NCBI GenBank assembly: GCA_947460255.1
Contig: CANHIS010000002.1
Location: forward strand, 19,625-83,624
DNA from: Bacteroidota bacterium
GTDB lineage: Bacteria > Bacteroidota > Bacteroidia > M30B66
Direction: 5' to 3'
DNA: 64,000 nt
Position numbers and translations under genes: made by a program. Below, piece by piece: positions 52,090 through 61,528 of this stretch; position 1 is the stretch's first letter; each line of letters opens with the position of its first letter. Below the pieces are notes generated by a model, which was not told the origin of the DNA, ran no database searches, and saw nothing but the letters and a program-made list of their open reading frames with translations.

Positions 52090-54432
52090 TTATTCCTTAA
52101 TCCATTTGCCTGTTGAGTGGTTTCCTGCTTGGTCTATAAATGAAATGATGTAAACACCTGAGTCTAGCTGAGCAGTGTTCACGATGTTGTTGCTGTTGCT
52201 CACCGGCCAACTAGACACCATCCTGCCGCTAATGTCATACATATATATATTGCCAGAGAGATTCAATTCTGTTTCAAATCGAAGGAAATCGTTTCCAGGG
52301 TTTGGAAATGCCTTGATTGTAGATTGGTTAGAAACCTCGTTCAAGCCTCCAACGACGAAGCACCCAAAATCTTGGCCCCAATAAAAAGGATTTTCTGGGT
52401 CGTAAAAAAGATCATACCCTGTCGTAGTTACATTGTTACTATCGGTGTAACAAAGAAACATTGGTGGATAAGCGCAAATGATCCCTTCAAGATAACCTAT
52501 GCTGGTAAATCCAGAGGCGTAACCGAAACCCGGTACAAAATAATCTGTAAATTCATTTGAGAATTCCCATCTCCTTAATACAGTCTCATTTACTGTAACT
52601 GTGTCTATTTGTGTAACGATTACAAATGGATCATCAGAACCCCAATATTGATCCATAAGCACATTGTCGGAACTGAAAATTGTATCTCCAACCGTCCAAT
52701 CGGCATCAAAATAAAGGAACTCACGGTTCGAATAGGCCGAATCCCACACATAAGTTAAGGTTCTCAAACGCACATAAAGCTTATTGCCTTCTTGTCTGAA
52801 TCCTGCAAAATACAAGGCAGAATCTTCATTGTATGTGTTGTTTTCGCTGTTTTTAATATCGGCCCAAAGTGCACGATACGATACTCCGTCGATCAAGGTA
52901 TCGCCCTTAAATTTCAGCATATCAATCCCTCCGTAAGGAGAAAATTTAGGAAGGGCTACAGTGTAAATTCCCGTTGAATCGAAGTTTAAAAGAGGAGCAT
53001 AAATCGGTATTTCAAATGTTTCAAAAATACTGTCACGAAGGATGAATCCTAAATTTTCACGAATGAAGGAAATGTCGCTTAAGACTACTTTTTGGTATTC
53101 ATCCACCGGTACACCTGCGACATCCGGGATCACATAATAGGTTCCGAATCCGAGGTTTTCGAAGGTGAAAGCACCGTTCACATCCGTTTTATCATATCCT
53201 CTCCATTCGCCTGAAGCAGAATCTTGTAAGAAGACATTCACGCCTTCGTAAGGAATCAAATCATCCGATCGCAAACGACCACCGAAAGGATCTTGTCCGA
53301 TGATTCCTGTGATTTGACCAGGACCAGTGTTGAAGATCATCCCCGGGCCATCCAAATCTATAGAATCACACGAAATCCCAACTGCTACAGCGTCTTCCCA
53401 AAGTACCACACCCGGAAAATAAATCGGGATGGCCAACGGGTAAGTCACCGAATCTGGTACAACTTGGATAAGATAAAGTCCTTCCTCAACATTGGAGAAT
53501 ACGTAATCGCCGCTCGTGTCTGTAATTGCCACAGCCAACGAATCAAACGCTCCAGGATCGGTGTTGTAACCGTAAAGTTTTACTTCTGAATTCTCCAAGG
53601 GTTCGGTGTTCACATAGGCTGTACCGTGAATGCTCTGACTTCCGTTGTTATTTAGTTCAAGGAAAACAGCCGAATCGAAAAATGAATCACCAATGTCGCT
53701 GATCGCAACCACCATATGGTAAGCCACACCACCGATGGCATCAAAAGTTGCAGAAATGGGCGTGGTGAAGCCGTTAAAGGCAAACTGCATTCCTCCAGTT
53801 GATTCGTTGTAAAATTGACTATTGGTAACAGCGTTAATGTTTCCGATGGTTACCGGAAGTGATGTGCCTGGCACTTTAGCTATGTTTTCAAAATTTGAAC
53901 TTCCTTGCTCGGCAACGAAGAATCCAAAAATATCGTTGAAATATGAAGTGTTCGGTGGTGCAAAATTCGGATACTCTTCGGAGGCAAAAACGAAACGAAT
54001 ATTGACTTGCTGATTGGATGGTGCTACAAAGTCGAACTCAATTCTAGTGGCATTGTATGAAATGGGATTTCCAGTGTAACCGATTTCTTGAATTGCATAT
54101 TGTTCTAAGAGCGTGTCTGAAAAATCTCCATTCGATCCATCCATGAAAAAATCTGCGGTAGAGTTGATTTGCGGACCTACCACGCCAGTTGAAAGCACGA
54201 TGCCTTGCGATAACCCAATATCACCACCGTTTGTAAATCTAGCGGCACCTCCACCTTGATTGGTGAACTGCACATTGCTAATTTGAACGCAATTTCCTCC
54301 CAGAATTCCTGAAATCCATTGTTGCCAATTGGATGAAGGATCTACTTGGATGGGTTGTGCAAAAAGGCTAAACGCCAGAATTGAGAATAGAGGCGTGGTA
54401 AAGTATTCCTTTTTCATATTGAGAGTATTCAA
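52090..54432 (-). CDS. choice-of-anchor L domain protein with Ig-like/CarboxypepD_reg-like repeats and T9SS type A sorting domain
   Basis: N-terminal block WISGILGGNCVQISNVQFTNQGGGAARFTNGGDIGLSQGIVLSTG, paralogous to 6811..9006. C-terminus IKAFPNPGNDFLRFE...LDSGVYIISFIDQAGNHSTGKWIKE. Confidence 0.85.
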   Translation of the reverse strand: MNTLNMKKEYFTTPLFSILAFSLFAQPIQVDPSSNWQQWISGILGGNCVQISNVQFTNQGGGAARFTNGGDIGLSQGIVLSTGVVGPQINSTADFFMDGSNGDFSDTLLEQYAIQEIGYTGNPISYNATRIEFDFVAPSNQQVNIRFVFASEEYPNFAPPNTSYFNDIFGFFVAEQGSSNFENIAKVPGTSLPVTIGNINAVTNSQFYNESTGGMQFAFNGFTTPISATFDAIGGVAYHMVVAISDIGDSFFDSAVFLELNNNGSQSIHGTAYVNTEPLENSEVKLYGYNTDPGAFDSLAVAITDTSGDYVFSNVEEGLYLIQVVPDSVTYPLAIPIYFPGVVLWEDAVAVGISCDSIDLDGPGMIFNTGPGQITGIIGQDPFGGRLRSDDLIPYEGVNVFLQDSASGEWRGYDKTDVNGAFTFENLGFGTYYVIPDVAGVPVDEYQKVVLSDISFIRENLGFILRDSIFETFEIPIYAPLLNFDSTGIYTVALPKFSPYGGIDMLKFKGDTLIDGVSYRALWADIKNSENNTYNEDSALYFAGFRQEGNKLYVRLRTLTYVWDSAYSNREFLYFDADWTVGDTIFSSDNVLMDQYWGSDDPFVIVTQIDTVTVNETVLRRWEFSNEFTDYFVPGFGYASGFTSIGYLEGIICAYPPMFLCYTDSNNVTTTGYDLFYDPENPFYWGQDFGCFVVGGLNEVSNQSTIKAFPNPGNDFLRFETELNLSGNIYMYDISGRMVSSWPVSNSNNIVNTAQLDSGVYIISFIDQAGNHSTGKWIKE

Positions 54433-54490
54433 TACGTTAAAGGTATCAACTTTCTTGAAGGGTTAATCGAGAGTAGGAAATTCTTTCTAG

Positions 54491-55078
54491 TTAAAGTTCC
54501 TCGGCAACAACTTCTTCCACTCCAGGAACCATTCGCTTGAGCAAGTTTTCGATACCTGATTTCAGGGTAACTTTCGACGATGGGCAACCCGAACAACTGC
54601 CTTGCAGAGCAACAGTAACAATGCCATTTTCAAATGATCTGAAAGTAATTGCACCTCCATCTTGTTCAACCGCCGGACGGATATATTCCTCTAAAATCTG
54701 GGTGATGGCTTCTTCAGGTGAATCGGGCTGAATGGCCTTTGCTTCAGCCTCAACAGCATCCACCTTTTCAGGATAAACTTCAATCACTGGAAGCCCTTTG
54801 GTGAAATAGTCTTGTAGAAATTCACGCACAGCCGACACAATCTGCGACCAATCAACGGTTTGTGATCTGGTGATTGAAACGAAATTGTTACTAAAAAACA
54901 ACGATTTCACATATCCACCTTTGAATAATTCTTGCGCCAATGGTGCGCCGGATGTTTCCTCAGCATTCAGATATTCAACCTGTTTCATCGGTTCAATGAT
55001 CATTCTATTGGCAACAAATTTCATCACTTCCGGATTCGGCGTGGCTTCTGCGTAAACTAAAGTCGGTGTAAATGGCAT
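54491..55078 (-). CDS. NifU/Nfu family Fe-S cluster assembly protein (Nfu_N + NifU C-terminal domain)
   Basis: YAEATPNPEVMKFV at the N-terminus, C-terminal IRPAVEQDGGAI and the CSGCPSS motif. The start is chosen at ATG 55078. Confidence 0.85.
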   Translation of the reverse strand: MPFTPTLVYAEATPNPEVMKFVANRMIIEPMKQVEYLNAEETSGAPLAQELFKGGYVKSLFFSNNFVSITRSQTVDWSQIVSAVREFLQDYFTKGLPVIEVYPEKVDAVEAEAKAIQPDSPEEAITQILEEYIRPAVEQDGGAITFRSFENGIVTVALQGSCSGCPSSKVTLKSGIENLLKRMVPGVEEVVAEEL

Positions 55079-55233
55079 ACAATTATTTCTAGGCTGCAAA
55101 GATAACGCGGAAAGTTGATCTTGGTTGAGGACTTTTGAAATATTCACCATTAAATTGTGCTTAAGCATTTAAGAATTTTGAAATGATTTTGCAGACTATT
55201 TATTGAGTGAATTCGCTTTACATTTGGACTTCG

Positions 55234-56280
55234 ATGCGCAATAAAAAATTGAAATATATTTCATTCTTCACGCTATTGATTGCGTTAATTGTCGCCATTT
55301 TTGCGATTAATCAAAATCAACGTGATTTTTCAATTTCATTCTACCATTGGAAATCCGAATTTTCACCTTCGAACCATGATTTGAAATTACTGCAGGAGTG
55401 TCAAGTTAATCAACTTTATCTGCATGTTTTTGATGTCGACAAAGCTCCGGGAACTCAATCGCCAATTCCTAAAGCTAAACTTAAATTTCAAAGTAATTTC
55501 CCTCCGGGGATAGCTGTCATTCCTACTGTATTCATCACTCAGCGCACCTTCGAAGATGCAGGTAGTGTGAATATTTCTGATTTGGCCAAGAATATCGTAC
55601 AACTTTCTCGACAAATTACTGATGCTCAAAAGCTCGTTTGGAAGGGCTTTCAGATAGATTGCGATTGGACAGGAGGTTCAAAACTAACCTATTTCTCATT
55701 TTTGGAAGTCTTGAAAAAAGAATTAGGAAATGAAATTCCATTGTCGGTTACCATTCGTCTACATCAGATCAAATACCCAGAAAAAACAGGAGTTCCACCT
55801 TGCGATCGAGGTGTTTTGATGTTTTACAATATGGGGGATTTTAAAAAATATTCAAAGAGTAATTCTATTTTCGATGCCAGTGTAGCAAATCTCTATTTAG
55901 ATCGATTACGCGAATATCCAGTGAAATTAGATTATGCTTTGCCTGCCTTTTCTTGGGCAATTTTTTACAAGTATGGAAAAGTAGAAAAATTGCTTTCCGA
56001 TCAACAAATTCCTGGTCTGCTCAATTCTGGAAGTTTTATCCAAAAAGAGGATCAGTTAATTTGCCAAAACAATTTACTGCTCGATGGAATCTACTTCCAA
56101 AGAGGCGATATTGTGAAGATAGAATCGGTTTCACCTGCATTGTGTAAAATTGCAGCCGATCAAATTGCGCCTCATGTAAATTCTAGCGATTTTCAAGTAA
56201 TTTTTTACCACATTAGCTCCTCCGAAATTCAAAATTATGCACCCGCTGATTTCAAAGATATCCTTCATTCTTTTCGTTAG
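55234..56280 (+). CDS. hypothetical membrane-anchored protein (single N-terminal TM)
   Basis: MRNKKLKYISFFTLLIALIVAIFAI followed by about 320 aa with alternating beta/alpha-like segments. I recognise no family. The track starts at GTG 55207. Confidence 0.6.
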   Translation: MRNKKLKYISFFTLLIALIVAIFAINQNQRDFSISFYHWKSEFSPSNHDLKLLQECQVNQLYLHVFDVDKAPGTQSPIPKAKLKFQSNFPPGIAVIPTVFITQRTFEDAGSVNISDLAKNIVQLSRQITDAQKLVWKGFQIDCDWTGGSKLTYFSFLEVLKKELGNEIPLSVTIRLHQIKYPEKTGVPPCDRGVLMFYNMGDFKKYSKSNSIFDASVANLYLDRLREYPVKLDYALPAFSWAIFYKYGKVEKLLSDQQIPGLLNSGSFIQKEDQLICQNNLLLDGIYFQRGDIVKIESVSPALCKIAADQIAPHVNSSDFQVIFYHISSSEIQNYAPADFKDILHSFR

Positions 56281-58576
56281 TTTAATTTTCCTTCCTCAAA
56301 GATCTCCTGAGGTAATTGGTTGTGGAGGCGGAGATTATGAAGACTTACGTGCGACTTCATTGTTTATTCCTGAAATGATTCAGACCAATCGGTTCGATCC
56401 TTTCTTTTTAAGTATTTACGATTATTACGGAGAATATGGACAAAATATCCCAGGCAGAACTATCGTTGAAGGTAAATCTCAGGATGATATCAATTTGGAT
56501 GAGTGGTCAACTTATTTTACTGGTGTAGAAAGAATTCAAATCAATGAGATTGTCTATCAGTTGTCTGTTTCAGCAATGGATTCAATGGGATTGGTTGCGC
56601 AGAAAAAGATTTCCAACCCAATTGGAATTTACAAAAGTGCAGTTGGAAAAACGCAATGGTTAGACGGATTTAAATACTTGAAATTTGCTAAACAAATCGA
56701 GAAAGCTGTCTACACAAATCCATGGAGTTGGCAGGACGAACCTATAGATACAATCGCCTTAGAGAAATTAAGAATTCAAGGCTTAAAGGATTATATTTCT
56801 TGTAAATCAGATTTTTTAAAATTACGCTACGGCTTTCAAGTGGCACGTTTAAATTACGCATTGGGGAATTATGCTGAAGGAATTGCATTTGTAGAGAAGA
56901 ATTACCCATTCAAACCTGAACAAGGATTTATGTATTTCCGCACCCATGGCTACGAAGCGGCGTGTCATGTGCGCTTAAAGAATTATCCGAAAGCCAATTT
57001 GTGGTATGCGCGATTGTATGATTTGGGTGAAACTTATAAAATGGAAGCTTTCCAGAGTTTTCATCCCCAGAATGATGCAGAATGGGCGCAAACCTTAGCG
57101 TTGGCGGAAACTCCACGCGACCAAGAATTGTTGTGGCATTTGTTTGGTGTGTATGCAGATCCAATTCGTGGAATGCAAGAAATCTCTAAGATTAATCCTA
57201 ATTCCGATTTGCTTCCATTGTTATTGGTTAGAGCAGTAAGTATTGCAGAATTTAATTTGTCTGAGTCACTCAATTATGTAGGCAATGATTTCGCATTTGT
57301 CACCCAAGAAAATATTCCGACTGAATTCACACCCGATCCATTGTTTTCTTGGAATTCGATTAAGGCTGATCGAATTGTTCAATTGAGAGAAACTATCGAA
57401 ACTATCGCTCCGAAAAGAAAAGATGATCAAAGCATTTGGTTAATGTCGGATGCCTTTATTTATTGGCTATCAGGAGATCTAGAAAATTGCTTGGAATTTA
57501 CATCTGCTGCAGAAGCTTTAGGAAAGAACAATTTCATGATTCAAGCCCAAGCAGCCATTCACAAATTGTTGGTTCGATTTGGCAAGGTGAAGCAAATTCA
57601 AGCCGCTGATGAAGCAGAAATTCTCAAATTAATTACGCAATTGCAAGTTGGTGAATATGGTGTGGAGCGTCATGCAAATGCATTGAATTATGTCCTGAGA
57701 AAAATGAAGCCCTTGTATGAACAAAGAGAGGATTTCATTATGGCAGAGTTGGTGAATCCCGACATTTACACTTATTACAATTCCAATGATGAAGTGCAAG
57801 GCATGATCGATTTTATGTTAAAACCTGATCATTCAACCTTTCGTCAATTTATTATTGAACGTTATCCATTGAAAATTGAAGAATTGTATGACATCCAAGC
57901 TGTCGGAATGATTTATCAATACAAATTTGACGAGGCAATTAGCATTTACAAAAATCATCCAAAGGCTGGAATGGACACCTTGCTTGGAAACCCATTCAAC
58001 ATTGGAATTGCAGATTGTCACGATTGTGATCACGCGAAAGTTCAGAAAATGAAATATTCGAAACGCACCTTCGCTGAGAAAATGATCGAATTAAAAAACA
58101 AAGGTGATAAAGAGAAAGATCCGAAAGAACGTGCGAACAATTATTTCCTTTTTGCCAACGGATTGTATAACATGACATATTATGGAAATGCGCGTTTGGT
58201 TTCTGCAACACCAGTAAATTGGGATTTTATGGACTCCAATCGTTTCAGTGGTTACGATAATGAAAAGCGACCAACTACAAGTTATTACGACTGTTCGATG
58301 GCTGAAATGTATTATTTAAAAGCATTGGAGCTTTCGACCGACAAAGAATTCCGTGCAAAAATGATGTGGATGGCAGCAAAATGCCAACACAATCAATGGC
58401 TCGAATCTTCATATGTTTACAATGTTACCGGCGATTTTAGCTCAGGAGAACATTTTGCTGCAATGAAGAAATTGTACTACGACACAAAGTATTTTCAAGA
58501 GGTAATTAATGAGTGCGGTTATTTTTGTCAATACATAAATCCAGGTCAAAAAAGCTGCATTAAAAATCAAGAATAA
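56237..58576 (+). CDS. hypothetical large lipoprotein-like protein (779 aa) with a CHDCDH motif
   Basis: The N-terminus MHPLISKISFILFVSLIFLPQRSPEVIGCGGG looks like a signal peptide or lipobox. The body is largely helical-looking, and the Cys/His cluster ADCHDCDH lies at 58016-58033. It overlaps the previous gene by 44 nt. Confidence 0.65.
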   Translation: MHPLISKISFILFVSLIFLPQRSPEVIGCGGGDYEDLRATSLFIPEMIQTNRFDPFFLSIYDYYGEYGQNIPGRTIVEGKSQDDINLDEWSTYFTGVERIQINEIVYQLSVSAMDSMGLVAQKKISNPIGIYKSAVGKTQWLDGFKYLKFAKQIEKAVYTNPWSWQDEPIDTIALEKLRIQGLKDYISCKSDFLKLRYGFQVARLNYALGNYAEGIAFVEKNYPFKPEQGFMYFRTHGYEAACHVRLKNYPKANLWYARLYDLGETYKMEAFQSFHPQNDAEWAQTLALAETPRDQELLWHLFGVYADPIRGMQEISKINPNSDLLPLLLVRAVSIAEFNLSESLNYVGNDFAFVTQENIPTEFTPDPLFSWNSIKADRIVQLRETIETIAPKRKDDQSIWLMSDAFIYWLSGDLENCLEFTSAAEALGKNNFMIQAQAAIHKLLVRFGKVKQIQAADEAEILKLITQLQVGEYGVERHANALNYVLRKMKPLYEQREDFIMAELVNPDIYTYYNSNDEVQGMIDFMLKPDHSTFRQFIIERYPLKIEELYDIQAVGMIYQYKFDEAISIYKNHPKAGMDTLLGNPFNIGIADCHDCDHAKVQKMKYSKRTFAEKMIELKNKGDKEKDPKERANNYFLFANGLYNMTYYGNARLVSATPVNWDFMDSNRFSGYDNEKRPTTSYYDCSMAEMYYLKALELSTDKEFRAKMMWMAAKCQHNQWLESSYVYNVTGDFSSGEHFAAMKKLYYDTKYFQEVINECGYFCQYINPGQKSCIKNQE

Positions 58577-58605
58577 TTACATTGCAAAAGAGTAGGAGAG
58601 AAGTA

Positions 58606-59862
58606 CTATTCTTCATCCTCAATTTTAATCGATTGTTCGTCTTGAATCGACATAGACGGCGTTCCATTAAAATCTGTCACTTTTCCTGTTACATAAATCG
58701 TTTTCCCTATCAATTCTTCATGTGGTAAATAGCTGAAATTGATCAATTGATCTTTGAAAATGCTTACAGTGAAAATTTGGTTTGGAAATGATTTATCTAA
58801 ATTCAGAAAAACATTTCCCTTCGAAGAAAGTTTCGTACTCACAACAGTGCCGCAAACAGTTATTGTCTCATTTTTTCCAGCGTATAATTTTGCCTGCACT
58901 GTATTAAAATGATTTCTTGGCAATGATGTTGGATCCAATGGTTTTACATCCGTCATTTCTTTTGGTGCCATAAAAAGCTTCGGATCCTTCATGGCTTCTA
59001 ACAATTGCTCTTCTTCATCAGGTAAATTTGGAAAGAAGTTAATGCCCGTTAATTTTTCCAAACTGTCAATACTCACTGCATAATATTCTGCTGGATATTC
59101 ACATTTTTTGTTGGGCATCAAGAATGCAACTGCACGCTGATTTTTTCGATCCACTGCCATTTTGTAGTAAAATGCTGGAATGCTCGGTTTGTGAATAGCT
59201 CTTTCAACGCGAGGCAAACCATCTCTTAACAAAGGACCAGTTACAATCATTACGGGAGTTTGGTTTCTTTCTGCGTATGATCGCGTCATGTCTTCCAATT
59301 TTGCCCAGCTAATTCTATTGAAATCCGCTAATTGTGGCGACATATTCGAATAAAAATAGCTTTCAGAAAGTGCTTTTGCCGACCATCTGAAATCAGCCGA
59401 TGGCGCTAAATGTCCCCGATCGAAGCCAAATCCATCATATTTTATATTTCCATCTGCAAGGGTGTCGCGAATAAAATAATCTCTGTCATTGCAACTTCCT
59501 GTTTTTACAAGTGGATCAGGTCTGAAATCGTTGCTGCGTCCGATACTGCCGTTCTTTACATCAGGCGAAACTACATGTGCCACCCAAATGGCTTGTTCGT
59601 GTTTTTCACTGTAAACCAAACTCATGAGCGAATGCTTTACCAAATCGTCTTGTGTCGCCAACTCTGGCAATCCCCAAGAATTAATCTCATTGCTCCAATA
59701 ATTTAATTTAAGATCCTCAAGTTTGGTTTTTAATTCTTTTTCTTGATTATTCAGAATCGTAATTTCATTATTTATTTTCTCAATTTCTGCTGGGTAAGTA
59801 ACCTGAGAAATAAGATTGAAATGAATGAGCATTATTGCAATTAAGGACCAGATCTTGTGCAT
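58606..59862 (-). CDS. secreted DNA/RNA non-specific endonuclease (beta-beta-alpha-Me) with a C-terminal OB-fold-like domain
   Basis: Signal peptide MHKIWSLIAIMLIHFNLISQ, an N-terminal coiled coil, the catalytic motif FDRGHLAPSADF, and a C-terminal block VCGTVVSTKLSSKGNVFLNLDK...IYVTGKVTDFNGTPSM typical of OB-fold nucleic-acid-binding modules. Confidence 0.86.
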   Translation of the reverse strand: MHKIWSLIAIMLIHFNLISQVTYPAEIEKINNEITILNNQEKELKTKLEDLKLNYWSNEINSWGLPELATQDDLVKHSLMSLVYSEKHEQAIWVAHVVSPDVKNGSIGRSNDFRPDPLVKTGSCNDRDYFIRDTLADGNIKYDGFGFDRGHLAPSADFRWSAKALSESYFYSNMSPQLADFNRISWAKLEDMTRSYAERNQTPVMIVTGPLLRDGLPRVERAIHKPSIPAFYYKMAVDRKNQRAVAFLMPNKKCEYPAEYYAVSIDSLEKLTGINFFPNLPDEEEQLLEAMKDPKLFMAPKEMTDVKPLDPTSLPRNHFNTVQAKLYAGKNETITVCGTVVSTKLSSKGNVFLNLDKSFPNQIFTVSIFKDQLINFSYLPHEELIGKTIYVTGKVTDFNGTPSMSIQDEQSIKIEDEE

Positions 59863-59880
59863 TTTATTTTTTTGAATTGA

Positions 59881-60795
59881 TTATTTTTTTAAAAGAAATG
59901 TCACAATTTCAGGAAATCTTTTCGCCCAGCTTTCTTCACTGTGTGCTTCACCAGTATATTTTGAAACGAGAAGGTGCCCTTTGGGAAATCCTTTATTGAT
60001 CAGATAACTAGTAGCTAAATCTTGGTAAGGTTCATACCATGCATCTAAAGTTTCAGTGCCAAAATCGAAATACAACCTATAAGGAGGATTTAGTGGTATT
60101 TTCTCATCCATCCAAGTAATTAAAGCTGTCGGAATTGAAGGATTATTTTGCTTTAAGCAAACAGGCCAATGGGTAGAAATACAAGCTGCTGCGCTAAAGT
60201 AATCTGGATATCTTAGAATGGTGTAAAGTGAAATCAATCCACCCATACTAGATCCTGCAATAAATCTATTTTCTTTGTTGCCTAATGTTCTGAATTCCTT
60301 GTCGATTTTTGGAATTAATTGGTCAATAAGAAAATCAGTATAATTATCCGAAAGAGGCTTCCCACCTCTGTCTTTGATGATTGTATCTTGCAAATCCTTA
60401 TTCATTTTGTAAAATGGTTCTTCGGGCATGTATTCTTGGAATCTTTTTGGTGAATTCCAAATTCCAACAACAATACATTCATCAATAATTCCTTTTTTTG
60501 AAAGTTCTGTGATGGTTTCATCTACTCTCCATTCATTGCCTCCGTAAGAAAGTTTTGCATCGAAAAGGTTTTGGCCATCGTGCATATAAATAACCGGGAA
60601 TCTTTTTAATGAATCTTTATCATAATTTTCAGGCAACCAAACATCCACATTTCTTGTTTCTATTTTATCCCAAGAAAGTCCTGTTAATCTTACGATTTCA
60701 CCAGACGAAGGAATAGGCAATTGCGCAGTTAATTGAAATGTCAAAAAAAATAAAAATGATAAAATGATGCTTGACCTGTTCATTATCTTTCCCAT
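59881..60795 (-). CDS. secreted esterase family protein (PF00756-like alpha/beta hydrolase)
   Basis: Signal peptide ending LTAQ, with PVIYMHDGQNLFD and GSSMGGLISLY. It is a paralog of the catalytic part of 43910..45307. Confidence 0.8.
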   Translation of the reverse strand: MGKIMNRSSIILSFLFFLTFQLTAQLPIPSSGEIVRLTGLSWDKIETRNVDVWLPENYDKDSLKRFPVIYMHDGQNLFDAKLSYGGNEWRVDETITELSKKGIIDECIVVGIWNSPKRFQEYMPEEPFYKMNKDLQDTIIKDRGGKPLSDNYTDFLIDQLIPKIDKEFRTLGNKENRFIAGSSMGGLISLYTILRYPDYFSAAACISTHWPVCLKQNNPSIPTALITWMDEKIPLNPPYRLYFDFGTETLDAWYEPYQDLATSYLINKGFPKGHLLVSKYTGEAHSEESWAKRFPEIVTFLLKK

Positions 60796-60958
60796 TAATT
60801 TTTCAAATTTATTGTTTTAATTGATTTGGGCGACTGCCGGATGGGTTTCTTCAATTCCCTTGATCTTTTTTGTTCCGGCACCCGGCTTTTCGCGTTGCAA
60901 GGCAACTCGCTTCAATCCGTGTCGCAGCATTCTGTAAAAGTGAACTTTTTAGTCCATT

Positions 60959-61417
60959 TTATACTACTTCCTCAATAACGATCTTTCGTCCGTTCATAAT
61001 TACTTCATCACCTTTTGATTTGTGTGCGATCAATTTTCCGAAAGGCGATTCCAGTGAAATAACATTTACTTTTTGATCTTCAATGTGAATACTGCCCAAA
61101 GAAACCGTCAAGTAAATCCATCCCATTGTACATTTTACAAGACTGCCAGGCTGAATTACGAGAGATGTTTTATTCTCACTCATCCTCAATAAATCGTTTA
61201 GCAGCTTCTCCGATTCAGCAATTCTCTTTCCTATTTGCTCACGTTCTTGTTGCAGCATTTCTCGGGCTGTTTCATGTTTATCGCCCATACTGCTTTTTGT
61301 ATCGGACTGTGCAGATGCTTTTGCAGAATTTTCTTCGTCCATCAGATGTGTAATCTTGGATTTCAGTAAATTTTGACAGGATTCTTGAACCTGATGTTTG
61401 AATTTTTCAATCGACAT
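60959..61417 (-). CDS. GreA/GreB C-terminal-domain-like protein with an N-terminal coiled coil
   Basis: N-terminal helical region (MSIEKFKHQVQESCQNLL...REQIGKRIAESEKLLNDL), then a beta-rich C-terminus QPGSLV......ISLESPFGKLIAHKSKGDEV.MNGRKIVIEEV resembling the GreA C-terminal domain. The ATG at 61417 is preferred over the TTG at 61453. Confidence 0.55.
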   Translation of the reverse strand: MSIEKFKHQVQESCQNLLKSKITHLMDEENSAKASAQSDTKSSMGDKHETAREMLQQEREQIGKRIAESEKLLNDLLRMSENKTSLVIQPGSLVKCTMGWIYLTVSLGSIHIEDQKVNVISLESPFGKLIAHKSKGDEVIMNGRKIVIEEVV

Positions 61418-61528
61418 ATCGGCTAAACATACGGTATTTATTGAGTAGTTCAAAATTCATCTAATTGTTTGATTTAGAGTTGCTTTTTAAGAATTTGTTT
61501 TTACCTTCATTTTCCTAAAACCATCTCT

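Noticed and set aside
9024-55168. N-terminal extensions in the ORF track (starts at 9024, 14829, 14970, 19628, 24947, 32976, 35073, 37495, 40019, 40458, 43877, 50322, 55168, 55207, 61453)
   Set aside because: In each case an internal ATG gives a canonical family N-terminus or a signal peptide. The extension runs through a terminator, a conserved promoter block or the preceding gene.
56237-56280. A programmed frameshift or sequencing error fusing the 349-aa and 779-aa ORFs into one protein
   Set aside because: The downstream ORF starts with its own ATG and a hydrophobic signal-peptide-like segment encoded within the overlap. That fits an independent secreted protein. I saw no slippery heptamer.
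60870-61076. A 68-aa plus ORF in and beyond the GC-rich spacer
   Set aside because: Half of it is antisense to the GreA-like gene. Its composition is low-complexity (S/F/T/I-rich) and it has no motif.
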